In this document: positions 34,964-47,303 of the stretch, in pieces
Position numbering within the stretch: the stretch's first letter is position 1
Layout of the letters: the number at the start of each line of letters is the position of its first letter
Assembly: GCA_004431415.1 (NCBI GenBank)
Contig: QPMI01000470.1
Location: 1 to 64,000 of the forward strand
DNA: 64,000 bases
Reading direction: 5' to 3'
Source: Cyanophora paradoxa CCMP329
Lineage: Eukaryota; Plantae; Glaucophyta
The notes under the pieces: generated by a model
Seen by the model: only the letters and a program-made list of their open reading frames with translations
The model's database searches: none
Told to the model about the DNA's origin: nothing
Program-made: the position numbers and the translations under genes

Positions 34964-36875
34964 CTACATCTTCGCGTCGTCCGGGATCACAATGGACGGG
35001 CCACCGCCGGCCGCCGCGTCGTCGCCGAAGACCTAAGGAGAGCTTAAGAACAAGAAAAACAAGAAGAAGTTTGACCTAGTTTGAATTAAGATTATGAGGA
35101 CCTTGGCGATGGACATCTGCATCCACTCGAGCTGCTTGGCGTCCACCTCCGCCGGCTTCATAATGTCCGCGATGAGCTTCCCGGGGATGGTTCCCAGCTG
35201 GGGTACAGATTATTCGGGTCAGGGGGTACCGGAAAAGAAGGGGGAAGGGGAAGGAGAGGGGGGTACCTGGAGAGTGAGGGTCGAGTCCCAGAGGTACACG
35301 CCCGAGAAGCCGGCGTCCTTAACCTTGTCCCCGTCCTCCGCCTCCTTCACGTTCTGTACCCCCCGCAGATACTCAGAGAGGGTCCGGTATCCCCTTATCG
35401 GGGGGTGGGGTGGAAGGGAAGGGGGAGGGGCGGGGGGGCGAATGAATAGATGCGTACCCCGCAAAGGGAAATGATCTCCGAGGGAAGCATCCTTTGGATC
35501 TCCTTCGCGGCGTCGAGGAGCTCCTCCTGGGAGGACGTTAGGAGGGGGGTACAACGCCACCGCGCGCTCGGGGGGTACCGCACCTGGGACTTCTTGGGTA
35601 CGAGCGGCTGCGTGAGGTACGTGCCGATGATCTGGGCCCCAGTAGAGAGCGCCAGCTCTGGTCCGGAGTGTTCAGGAAAGGAATGGGGGGGGAATCCAAG
35701 GGGGGTACGAGCGCACCGGCCTCCTGCGGGTTCCGAACCTCCACAATGGGCTCGATGCCGACGCGCCGGCAATACTTGACCATAGGGTCCAGGCCCTTGC
35801 CTGCCGCGGGCGTGAGGAGGGGGGGCGGAGGAGCGCGGCCGGGAGGGGTATGGCACCGAGGATCGGGGCGATCAGGACGATGCCGGCGCCGCCCGCCTCC
35901 ACCGCCTCCGCCACCTGCGCGCGGGTTCGAATCCGGGCGGGGCGATCTCAGGTGGGACACGGGGCACGAACCTGGACGGGGTGGACGACGTAATCCTTCC
36001 GGATGGAGGGTACGCCGAGCAGGCCTGCGGGCGGGACCGGGAGACTCGGCACGGCAACCCGGCGGCGGCTCGTGGGGGGAGGGGGGGAAGAAGCGAGAGG
36101 GAAATGGGGTACCCTCGGTTTCGACGACGGTGCGGAGGTCCTCGAGGCCGTTGAGGGCGCTGTCCTGGAGCCGTTCGATGTCCGTGATGACCTGGTACCC
36201 CCAGCGCGCGCGTCGGCGGGGAGCGCGGGTGCGGGTGCAGCGCCCTCGAGGCGGTTGCGCGAGGCGCACGGAGAGCGAGGTTGCGCCGGCCATCTTGTAG
36301 ATCTTGCGCATCTCGGAGATGTCAACGAGCGGTGCGACCATGCGACGCTTGATCTGCGGGCGTGCGGCGCGGCGCCGGGCTCGTCGATCGGGGCCCGAAG
36401 GGCTGGGAAGGTTCCAGCGGGTCGTACCTCGGCGATGCAGCAGAAGTCGACCTTCTGGATCGCCTTCAGAAGCTTCTGCATCGTCTGGCGGGGCTCTGTC
36501 GTCTCCATGACCTTGCGGACTGGGTGGTCGGGGACTGCCGCGCGCCGCGCGCGCAGCGTCAGCCGGGCTCGGTGAGGGGTCGGCGAGGCGGGGGCGCGCA
36601 CTCGCGGCAAGGACCTCCAACTGCTGCTGGATCTCCGTCTGCTTGCGCTCCATGATCGCCGCGAAGGAGCCCGGCTTCGGGGCGTCCTTCTTGGCCTCTG
36701 ACGAGCCGCCCGAGCTGGCGGCGATGAACACGCGCGACGGGCCGGCGCTGGCCGAGTCATCGGACGATGCCACGGTGCGGCGCCCGCGCTGCTTCAAGCC
36801 CAGAAAGCCGGACTGCGAGGCCGCGAGCTCCGTCGTCGAGGCGGCCCGAACGGGAATGGGCGTTACGAATGCCAT
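34964..36875 (-). CDS. Plastid-targeted indole-3-glycerol-phosphate synthase (TrpC)-like TIM barrel with degenerate active site (multi-exon)
   Basis: MAFVTPIPVRAAS transit peptide; IMERKQTEI, CIAE|IKRR, YKMAGATSLSV|ITD, PSIRKDYVVHPVQ, GIEPIVEV, GAQIIG, DAGFSGVYL; last exon VFGDD...DDAKM*. Confidence 0.85.
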
Positions 36876-37081
36876 CTGTGCTGTCTCAGCTATGCGTACG
36901 CCCGCTTCCTGTGGCTCCCCTTTCCTGTGGCTGTGTATCTCGCGACGCCTGTACCCGGCCGGCTCGCCTGTACCCGTTCGCGAGGCGAAAACTGAACGCG
37001 AGGCCAGCAGCGGATCGGCTACTCGAAAGCACTTCCGGCGTTAGCTAAAGAACAAGCAAGCCATCTCCGGCGCCCCCGGCG
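36876..37081. promoter_or_regulatory. Compact bidirectional promoter/5' UTR region between the TrpC-like gene and NAF1
   Basis: 206 bp between divergent ATGs. Contains paired motifs TTCCTGTGGCT x2 and CGCCTGTACCCG x2. Confidence 0.55.
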
Positions 37082-37584
37082 ATGTCCTCGCAACCCGAAG
37101 CGATCCCCGCCGGAGCCGACGTACGCGACCCGGACGCATCCCTTCGGCGACGCGCACCTGTGACGCCGACGTACGGAGCTGACTGCGCCCTCGCCATGTC
37201 CGCGCAGGCTCCCGCGGCGGCGGGCACGGTGCCAGCGACCGCCGAGCAGACGCCGGCGATCGAGGCGTCTGTTTCTCAGCCCTTGCCAACGCCCTCCGTA
37301 TCGGCTCAGCCACCCGCGGCCTCTCCGGACGCCCCCGCGACCGCCGGCGCGATCGCCCCCGTCTCGCAAGCCGCACCAGCGGCCCCCGCAACAGAAAGCG
37401 CACCGGCCGCGGCGAAGGCGGAGCCTGCCGTTCCCGTAGCCGCTGCAGCCGCGTCGGAGCCGCCCGCGGCCTCGGCATCGCCCCCGGCTCCGAATGCAGA
37501 GCACGCACCAGCGATGTCGGCGCCCGACGCCGGCCCTGCAGCCGCCTCGGCGGCCCCGGCGCACGCGGCGGCTCCGGCGCCCAT

Positions 37585-37618
<34 letters not shown>

Positions 37619-40423
37619 GAAGAGGAGGACGATGAGGAGGTGCGGTCCGATCCGAGCAGAGCGCCCGCCGCAGCGGCTCGTCCGGTGCCGCCGGCTGACG
37701 GGGCGCCTCGGCGGGGCGGCAGGTGGACCCGCCTGCAGCGGTGGAGGTACTGGGAGCGGAGGCGCTGCTTCGGAACCCGGCGGCCGCCGCGGCGCTCGCG
37801 GAGCAGCTGGCCCAGCAGCAGCAGGCGGCCGCGGCCGCGGGCGGCCCACAGGCGCGCGCGCGCCTCGAGCACGGCGCCCTAACGGAATTTGATCCGAATT
37901 CGATGCGCAGCCGCCGAAGCACCCGCAGGCGCTCCAGATGCGGGCGATCGTGGACGACGGGTCCGACTCGAGCGACGACGACGACGAGGAGGCCGCCGGG
38001 GACGCGTGCGCTACCCGGCCTCGTTGGCTTCTTCTACTTGCTAGCGTTCACATATCATATAAGATCGCATGAATCTGGAGAGCTAACTGTCATAAATAGC
38101 GCTGCTAGAACTGGCCTTGTTGACTTCTTCTTGTTGTTGCGCTCCTCACGCGAGCGCAGGCGGCCCGTGCCTCCGGGCGCGGCGGATGACGACGAGGACG
38201 GAGACGCAGGAGCGCCGGCGGCGGGTGGGGCGGCGGCGGCGGGCAAGGCCGGCGGGAAGAAGCTGCCGACCAAGGCGCGCCCGCCGCCCCTTCGCACTGA
38301 CTCGATCCGAATTTGATCCGAATTTGATCCGCTTCGAGCAGGAGGAGGCGATCGAAGACATCCGCCGCAAGGCGCGCCGCGCGGCCGACGGCGAGGACGA
38401 CTCGGACTACGAGGTACCCCCCTAGGCCTAGAACTCCCCCCCCCCAAACCCTTTCGGAACATCGCTGAATCTCGAAGCAGGAGACCATAGCCGGACCCAA
38501 GGGACCCAAAACGAAGAACGAGGCGCGCCGTTCGCACCCCGCTCGGGGACGTGGTTCCGCGCGGCTGACTCGAATTTCGTATCCCCCCCTCCGCCCCCCC
38601 AGATGGTGGTCCTACCCCCTCCGGCCCCCGTGGAGATCCAGCTCTCCGCGGAGGACTCAATCGAGCCCCTGGGTACCATCATTGGTGCGCGCGGCGGCCC
38701 GTACCCCCCCCCCCGTCCCCGCCTCGGGCCCACGCTTTCGCCGCAGGCGTCGTTGAGGATCAGGTCGTCGTTCAGAGCGCCATGGGGTACGCCTTTTTAG
38801 AAGCAAAGCAGAGCACAGCGAATCCTTATCGGATTTGATCCGCCCCGGGCCGCCCTCAGGTCAGCGGCGCTCGACGCCGAGTCGATCGTCTGCCTAAAGG
38901 ACCGCACCGTCATCGGCCCGGTACCCCCCTTTTTCCCTCCCGGTATGTTTCGAGATGAGCGCTGACTCCGCCCCGGGGTGGGTGGGTACAGGTCTTCGAG
39001 ACGTTCGGCCCCGTGGTGCAGCCCCTCTACTCGATCCGCCTACCCCCCGGCCTCGACGCCAAGGCACGGCCCCTCCCCACGCTATCCCGCCCTCCCTTTA
39101 TAATTATTTGTACCCCGCGCGCGCGCAGCTGCTGAAGGGGGGTACCGAGGTCGGCTTCGTTCGCCGCCTGGCGAGCTTCGTCCTCCCGGCGCAGCTCCGC
39201 GCGCTGAAGGGGACCGACGCCTCCAACATCCACGACGAGGAGCCGGATGAGGTCTTTTATGTTCTCCTTAATCTCTCCTTAGCTTATCTTATCATCTGGG
39301 GACCGGGCTAGCTAGGCCCTTTACACGATGTATCTTTAGATCCTTTTAGAGGCTAAAAAGGACTCAGACCGTGCCTAGGTCCTATTTACTAAACCTGAAG
39401 TCTCCTCTAAGCTCTAAGCTGAGGTTCTCCTTTTCAATCTCTTCTTTGCTTAACTTCTTAGATCTTTTAATCTCCTCTTATAATTAGCCAAGCTTCTTGA
39501 ACTTGACTTGAGCTAAGCCGGACGAGGTCCTTTATGTTCCTAAGCTAAGCTAGAGCTCTAACCTCTAAGCTCCTCTAATATATAATCTCGAGCAGGAAGA
39601 CGAGTTCAGCGACGACGAGAAGGAGGCCGAGGCCAGGCGCCTGCGGAAGATGGAGGCGGCCAAGAAGCGGGCCCCGCCCCAGGGCGAGGGGCAGGGGCAG
39701 GGGCAGGGGCAGGGGCAGGAGCACCACCCGGCGGGCTGGTCGGGGCTACCGACGAGGAGGGGGGGGAGGCGAGGGCGAGGGTGGGCGCGGCGGGGGCCGC
39801 GGAGGTGCGGCCGCGGCCCTCGAACAGCATCCCTCTGTTTGCTGAGCGCGCCTTGTGTGCAGGGCGCGGCCGCGGCCGCGGCGGGCGGGGCGGAGGCGGC
39901 GGCGGCGGCGGCCGCGACAGCGCGGCGGCGGCGGGTTCCAGTTCAGCGAGCCGGTACCCCCGTCTCCCCTCCCCGCCCCGCACGCGTACCCCTCCCGAAC
40001 TCGGTCCCCGTCCCGCAGCAGGGGGGCGGAGAGGGCCTGCTGCCTACCCCCACCTCCTTCCCGGCGCCGCAGCCGTACCCCTCCCAGCAACCCTTCTCGT
40101 TCGGAGCACCGGTGCACGTACCCAACCTGTCCGGCCTATCCCTGGCCCCGCAGCCATACCCCCCGCCCCAGCCCCAGTACTACCCGCCCCCCCGTCCGCG
40201 TACGGGTACCCCCAGCAGCCGTATCCAGGCTACCCCCGCCCCAGTACGCCCCTGCGCCAGGACAGTACGGCCCCCGTCCGGGCAGTACGCGCCGCCGTAC
40301 CCCGGCGCCCCCGCGTACCCGTACCCCCAGCCCGGCTACGGTGCGGCGGTCTCGCCCCCCCCCCCCCCCCCCCCCCCCCTCTCCCTGACTCCGCTCTGCT
40401 TACGCGCCTACAGGCCAGCAGCC

Positions 40424-40455
<32 letters not shown>

Positions 40456-40577
40456 TGTACCCCGGGCAGCAGGGAGGCCCTCACTCCCACCCCCAGCCCC
40501 ACCCCTACCCGCATGGGCAGCAGGGGCAGCAGCAGGGGCAGGGGGCCCCAGGCCAGCCCCCGCGCTTCTACTTCTGA
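37082..40577 (+). CDS. NAF1: H/ACA ribonucleoprotein assembly factor NAF1 (multi-exon)
   Basis: Acidic N-terminus; PKTKNE; IEPLGTII; ALDAESIVCLKDRTVIG; VFETFGPVVQPLYSIR; LKGTDASNIHDEEPDE; EFSDDEKEAE; P/Q/Y-rich tail ending PRFYF*. Confidence 0.92.
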
Positions 40578-40888
40578 GTACTTCTAGTTATACTAAAGGC
40601 TGTGTTGTACCGTAGTACGTAAACGCACGCAGACATTTACGAGCACAGCTCAAGTTCTTACAATGAAGACTGCCAGTATTTGCGCATTCCGGATCCGAGG
40701 TCTTTCGAATCGACTGCTATAACATAAATATCTAGCTTTACGTGAAAAATAGACCAACTCAACTAGTATTAACTAGTATGCGTACTAGTACTAGGCCCAT
40801 CATCCGACGTCTACTCGTCCAATTACACTAAATAAGAAGCGAGCAATCTTAGCCACAAACACTAGATTCTGCAAATTCGGATCCTGCT

Positions 40889-43497
40889 TCAAGGACCCTC
40901 ATCAGAGCTCCCCGCGGACCTCGATGGACCCGCCGGTGATCTCGATCGTGGCTCCCCCGGAGACCTGCGCGGCGCCGGGACCGCAGCGGGACCCAGTTAG
41001 GATTCCCTAAAGCTAAGTTCTGGGCTCAAGGCTACGATGCTTACAAACTAGTTCATCTCGGTCCCTAGGTTAATTCCTTCTAAGTTTCGAGATCCTTGCA
41101 AGGCCAGAAGGCGACAAGGCTGCCAGGCGGGCGGTGATAAGACGGCAGCAGGCCTACCTCGACGGAGGCGGGTACGGCGAAGACGCGAATAGCGTGGAGT
41201 GACGTCGTGCCGGCCCCCAGGTTCACGTACGTGACGTAGATCACCCCTGGCGAGAGGGGCGGGGGAGGGGGGGGTAGGTGATCAAGGGAGAAGAGTGGGG
41301 GTAGAGGCACGAAAGGGTGGTACCGTTCTCGCTCCGATGCATAACATTTGCGGGGGCCCAGCACTGGGCCCAGTTGATCGTACCCCCGCTCACGGGGCAC
41401 CCGAGGGGCTGTGCGCGAGACAGTTTGGCGGGAGGCCGATGGGAAGCCGGGGGGGGGGGAGCTGGGGAGGGGTACCGGAGCGTCGTACTCGGCGATCACG
41501 GCCCCGTCACGGTCCAGCAAGAGGAGCGGCCCGTAAACCGTGTACCCCCCGACCGGGAAGACGATCGCGAACTGGCCGCTGGGGGGCCCCGCCTTAAAGA
41601 GGGAATCCAGGGCGGGGCGCTCAGAAGCTGGGTGCAGGATTTAGAAGCTAGGAAGCCAGGAATTCGCAGGAATTCGAAGCTAAGAAGGTTCGGCGGAACT
41701 CGAAGGCAAAGGAGAAGCCAAGGCGTCTCTTGAAGCTAGTCTTCATCTTTTATAGCTAGCTAAGGCGGCGACACATAAAGGGAGGCCGGAAGCCTAGTAG
41801 GGGATGGATGCTAGCCTAGTAGGCCCGGGGAGGGGAAGGGGGGGTACTTACTCGATGTTGGAGACGGTCCCGATGCGGCTCCCGCGGGGGGCGTACGACA
41901 CGCCCGTGCGGGAAGGGTCCGATATGAGCGTCGAGTACCCCCCGATCGTGGGGGTGTACCCCGGCGCCGAAAAAATCTGCGCCGGGCGGGGGGGAGGGGG
42001 GGAGCGGTCAGCGGAGGAGGGGGAGGGAGGGGGGGGGCGAACAAGAGTAACGGTGTAGGGGGGCCGGGTGAGGATCTGAGCGAGGCCCAGCGTTGGGGTT
42101 CCGGAGTGACAGAAGGGATGAAAGGAAAGGGGGTACCTTGTACACGCGGCCGGCGACGAACGTCACCGTGTACAGGTAATCTTCGTGGGGGTCCATAGCC
42201 ATGCCGGACCAGCCTGCGTACCCAGTTCGAACTCCGGTGGGGGGGGGGAAGGGAGGAGGGGGTACGGCGCGCCAGCCTGGACGGAGGTCGCCATGTCGGC
42301 AACCGAATCGTACTTCGCGATAACCGTTGACGTCACGCCTGCGGGGGGTGAGCGTGTTTGGGGAGTGAAGGGGAGGGTGGTACAAGGCGAGTCGCACCGT
42401 CCGTGGCCCAGATTTCGGCGTACGCCCAAAACATCTCGTGGAACACGTACGTCGTCTTTTTGAACACCGAGTATGCGATACCCCGGACCTGTCCGGGCGG
42501 GTCGGGGAGGGGAGGGAAAGGTAGGGGAGTACGTAAGGGGGACGAACGTTTCCCATATACCAGACGTTCTGCGGGGGGTACCCGACTTGGTTCGCGGGAG
42601 AGTTCATCCGAAGGTCCAAGCAGGACCCTAGAGCAACGGGGGGCGGAGTCAGCCGGAAGGGTACGCGTGCAGGAGGGGAAGGGGGCGGGGGGGGGGGGGG
42701 GGGGGGGGGAAGGGCCTGACCGCCCCAGCCGTAGAAGCTGGACATGGCGCTGCCGTCCGGAGAAACGAGGCTGATCGTGCATTTCGCCTGCGACGAAAGT
42801 CAGAGTCGATGCGCCAGCTACAGCTGGCCGGAAGCCCCGAGCCGCGCGTGCGCACGTCGTAGTTGTTGACACCGGACGTCCCCACGAGGACCGAGCCGTC
42901 GGGGAGGGCTGGGGGGGCGAATATATGAGAGGAGGGGAGCGGGCGGCGAGGGATGCGGTGCGGCCCGCAGGCTCCGGATCCGCGCACTCTCGATGGCTGT
43001 GATTTCGCTGCGCGCGGGGGCGGCCGGGAGGTCAGCTCAGCTGCAGGCGGCGGGGCGGAAGCCCGCAAGGGGCACGCGCGCGGGCGCGGTGCATGCGCAC
43101 TTCCAGCCGACGGTGTTAGAGAAGTACGTTCCAATGCCTGAGGTGAGCTTCGTGCACGTCTTCTCGTCCACCTGGCAGCCGCGATCGGATCAGATAAGGA
43201 CATGTGGAGGAATTCGAAGGCGCGAAGCTGGCGGCGGCGGCGGCTCACGTATCCGATGTAGGAGGCTGCCGGAGGATACGAGTACCAAATGCGGCTTCGC
43301 TTGATGTCGTAGTGGATCGCTCCGACCTCCCCCGTGTTGCCCACGCAGAGTTCACTGCAGCACGGCGTCGAAACGCAGCCCTTGCACGCAGAGGAAACTA
43401 CTCACTAGGTGTCGAGCTGGACCTTTGTTGGATCGAGCGCGGAGCTGAGCCCGGTCATGAGGGCGGCGATCCCAAGGGCGAGCAGCCACGTGTGCAT
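40889..43497 (-). CDS. Secreted protein of unknown function, probably beta-propeller-like (multi-exon)
   Basis: Signal peptide MHTWLLALGIAALMTGLSSA. Blade-like motifs GAIHYDIKRSRIWYS, PDGSVLVGT, GIAYS..KTTYV, GMAMDPHEDYLYTV, GVIYVT. Confidence 0.65.
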
Positions 43498-43810
43498 TCG
43501 GCGGGCACGCTGGCGCCCGGGCCCTCGATTCGCGCTCATATTTAGCGCTCGCCGAGGCCGCTCAGCGCGCCGCCTGTGGGATTAGCTGCGAGCGCGCTAG
43601 CTGGCTGCCGGGCGCCAAGGCGATCTAACCGCTGCGTGCTTCTCAAAGATGTGGCGGCTCGCCTAGCTGCTCTAGCTCCTGTGCGCTTCGTCGCCCTTGG
43701 AAGTTGGCCCGAGCCGGGTACAGCTCCACGCACTCAAAAAAAAGCTGCAGCGCCCCGGTCCAGCGCCATCCAGCAAGAAGAGGCGCCGAAACGCGTCGCC
43801 GGCGTGTCGG

Positions 43811-44156
43811 ACGCAGAAGGACGTTGACATGGTTCGCGATAACTGGCATCAACGCGTACGGTGCGCGCGCGCGCCCACGCGCGCGCACGCGCGCACGAGC
43901 GCTAGCGCCCGCGGACGCGGCGTGGCCTTTTGCGCCCCACGCGTACGCGGCCGCGGCGCAAAAGCCTTCAAGGCTTGTGGGGCGTCACGCGCGAAGCCGT
44001 ACGGGCGCCGGCGCCTCGAGCTCGCGCGCGCGCGCACGCGCAAGCGGACACGCCCAATTGCAAGTCACTAAGTTGCAAGCCGCGCCAAGGGGGTGGCGGT
44101 CACTGAGGAGGCGTAGCGCGAGGCGGCAGCGCGAGCACCTCGAGCTCGACCGGCGC
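43811..44156 (+). repeat. Dispersed decayed repeat, copy 1 (partner at 49495-50000)
   Basis: ACGCAGAAGG(A/T)CGTTGACATGGTTCGCGATAA(C/T)TGGCATCAACG and further collinear blocks are shared. Confidence 0.85.
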
Positions 44157-45211
44157 TGCCGCTAGCACCGGCGCGCATGCACGTGCCATGGCCGCTAACG
44201 CTCCCCGCCCCGCCCCTCCGCCGGCGCGCCCGCTAGGATCCGGAGATCTCCGCCCGCGGCCGGCCCGCCCTGCCCCGCGCGCCCCTCCGCAGAGCTAGGC
44301 CATCAAGCGGACCGCCGCCGGCGCGCGCGCGGCCGGCCCGCCCTGCCCCGGCCCGCCCTCCGCAGGTCTAGGCCATCTAGCAGACCGCCCCCCAGCCCCC
44401 GGCCCGCCCTGCCCCGCTTCATATAGCGAAGCGTTTTCGTAGCTGATAGCGATCGACAGCGAAACGTTTAACTATGAAGACTCTGGCTCGTTTGAAGAGT
44501 CGTTTCTAGATCTACATCGTCGAACTTCGAAACTACATGTACATGTGCAAGCCTCGCTGGCAAGCTAAATATAACTCGAAATCTGCTCTAGATCTGGGTC
44601 TTCTAATCGCGCGTCGAACGCGCTGGCAGGCTGCGCTTCGAATTCAAGTGTCTACTGCGTACTACGGTATACCATCGATATCAATTCTGGTGTCTATAGC
44701 TAGCGCTACTAAAATCACTTCACTGTCACCTATAGCTACAATATTAATTGCAAAAATCACTTCACTGTCACTCAGATGTGGTGCAGGTGGCGCACGAGGA
44801 ACTGCGGGTGCAGGCCGCCATGAGAGAAGCGGTGCAGATCTAGAACACGGCGGCGCGGGCGGCTGAGCCGCCATGAATTCGAAGGCCGCTCTGCCGCAGT
44901 GCTTGGCGCTGATCATGAGCAGCCGCAGAATGCATATGCTTAGGGAGAGAGAGCGGAGAGTCTCAGGCTTGCAATGGAGAAATTTAACGTTAAATTTAAA
45001 GTCGGCGGCCTGCACCTTTTCTCAGCCGTCGTCCGTGGTCAGGAAGAAGAGGAGAGGCAAAGGAGGATGAGAGGGAGAGAAGGCATGAGAGGGAGGCATG
45101 CAGCGGCGGCGGAGCCCGAACCGGCCTCAATCCTCCCGAGGCTTATAGCCTCAAGCCCTCTCCTCCGGATCCAGCCCCGCACCCCCTCCCCCCTCCCCCC
45201 CCTCCCCCCCC

Positions 45212-45242
<31 letters not shown>

Positions 45243-45674
45243 ACACTTCCTTCTACTCCGGATCCCCTCTTTCCCCTGCGGCGGGCTCAGCCACTCAGAT
45301 CTAAATCCCCCCCCCCCCCCCCGGCTTCTGCTCGCGATCGCCCATATGCATGGCCAGCCGCGGGCCCAAACCCCACAGCGCTAGCATCCCCGTCCACCGT
45401 CCGCCTCTCCACTTCAAAAAGGCTTGGTCATGATCAGCCACGGCGCATTGCAATTGCCAGATTTCAAAGTTTCGATCCTTTCGCTATCCAATGCGAATTA
45501 TATGTGCCTCGTCCTCAATCCAGTGATCCCTGCTCTGGTCGATAAACCGCAGACAATTATCAGGATATATGTATCCGCGATTGCCCTTTCAGCTGGCCAT
45601 GGCCCAGTGGCTGAATCTAGCTAGGCGAAAACGTCGGCCTCCGCGGTCTGCGCACGACCATCATGGCATCATGA

Positions 45675-47303
45675 TCAGTCAGAACGGACGCGACCGTCGG
45701 ACGACGGCGTGCGCATGCGCACGTCGGCGGCGGCGGCGGCGAGCGCCTGCGCGTCGGCGACGGCGTCAGCCTCCACCGCGTCCTCTTCGACGTCGCAGAG
45801 CGCGGCCGCGGCCGCCTCCTCCAGCTCCCCGCCGTCGACGTCGACCTGCCGCGCCGCGCGCTGAGGAAATGCAATGCATGCGCGAGTCCGAATGGCCGCG
45901 CGCGGTGCGGGCTCGCATGTACCTCCAGCGCGTCCTCGTCGAGTTGCAAGGTCACGGTGCCGCCGGTCGTGTAGGTGATCGGAGTCTGATATGGGGACCC
46001 AGTCGCAGACTTGCCCCTGCACTGGGTGCCGAGCTTCTCGATCGCGTAGGTGGCGCCAGCGGCTTTGGCACTGCCAAACCCATCATTAGATCGGCGAACT
46101 GCGAAAGCTGGGTACGGAGCACGTGCAAGGCGGAATTCGCACCTGGCCGTGTCAAGGTAGGTGCCGATCACTGCGTTTTGGCCGTCGTAAGCCTCGTACC
46201 ATTTTAGCTCACTGCACTCTCCATCGGTTATGGAATAATTGCGCCGGTTCGATGAGGCGTAAAAGCTCATTTCGTCCACGCTGATCGTGTAGGCGGTTAG
46301 AACAAGTGATTCGCACATGCATATCTAATTGAACGTGAAGAACGCACGAGTTCGAGCAATTCATCCAGCGGGTGTTGAGCGACGCCGGCGATACAATTTG
46401 GGTGTATGTTGCGCCCGTAACGCACACCTGACTCTGTGTGAAACGATCAGTGGACATGTACATCAGGAATGTGACTCTTGTAAACTACAAACGGGATGAT
46501 AACGGATCACGACAAAATTAAAGGGAATTCCACTAGGGCCATAAAAGGGGGAACTCTGAGAGCACCTTCAGATCCTCGACAGAGGGGAAGGCTTTGCCGG
46601 AGGAATTATTGTAGAACATGTAGTTGGAAGCGACCTGGTCCGATGAGGACGCCAGGATGGTTGGGCATTTAACGCAGCTGAGCTGGGAGCCGCCGAACGT
46701 GCCGGCTGCCCCGGACGGAGCCGCCTTCGGCGCACGGTCGTCAGCTGGATCAGCGCATGCGCATCTACGAAATTTGCAAGCGGCACCTTGAAGTACTCCG
46801 TGGTATTCTGCACGCAGATGGCCGCATAGTCGCCCGCACTCTCGTCGAACGCCCCGCTGATTGTTTCAGACTCTGCATACGCAAATTAAACTCGGCACGA
46901 ATCGGGCATTTTTCAACAAGACTGCATGCGAGCGCACGGTTGGTGGCAACTTGGCAGGAGGAATCCCGGTAGCCAGTCAAGACCGTCTGCTTGCTGCGGC
47001 ACAGATATCGATGAGCGCTCGGTCCTTTTGCGCGCGCGGCGAGCGAGATGGAGCGGAGGGCGCGAATTCGAACCAGGGAGTGCAGCTCCACGCCGTGGCT
47101 CCGGAGGACTTGTACGACTCGACGCCCGCAGTGTTGCAGGCGGCCTTCGCGTCGTCCGTGCCGATGGTTCGATCGTAGGTCTTCGAGTACGCCTGCGCCC
47201 CGCTGCAGTCGGTGCTGCCGTAGCCGAAGACCTTCGACTGAACGGTGGTGGTGGTGCTCGAGCCGCTCGACGACCCGGAGAACAAGTTGGACAGGAGGCC
47301 CAT
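45675..47303 (-). CDS. Unknown Cys/Thr/Ser-rich protein with acidic tail; possibly frameshifted
   Basis: Coding-like exons MGLLSNLFSG...FGYGSTDCSG, TGYRDSSCQ, VQNTTEYFKVPLANF, CESLVLTAY...LQLDEDALE, VDVDGGELEEAA. There is a 4-nt frame break at ~46318. Confidence 0.55.

Noticed and set aside
44537-45600. LRR-like words (KITSLS x2, TLRSLSLS)
   Set aside because: Too short, on opposite strands, and no coherent gene model.
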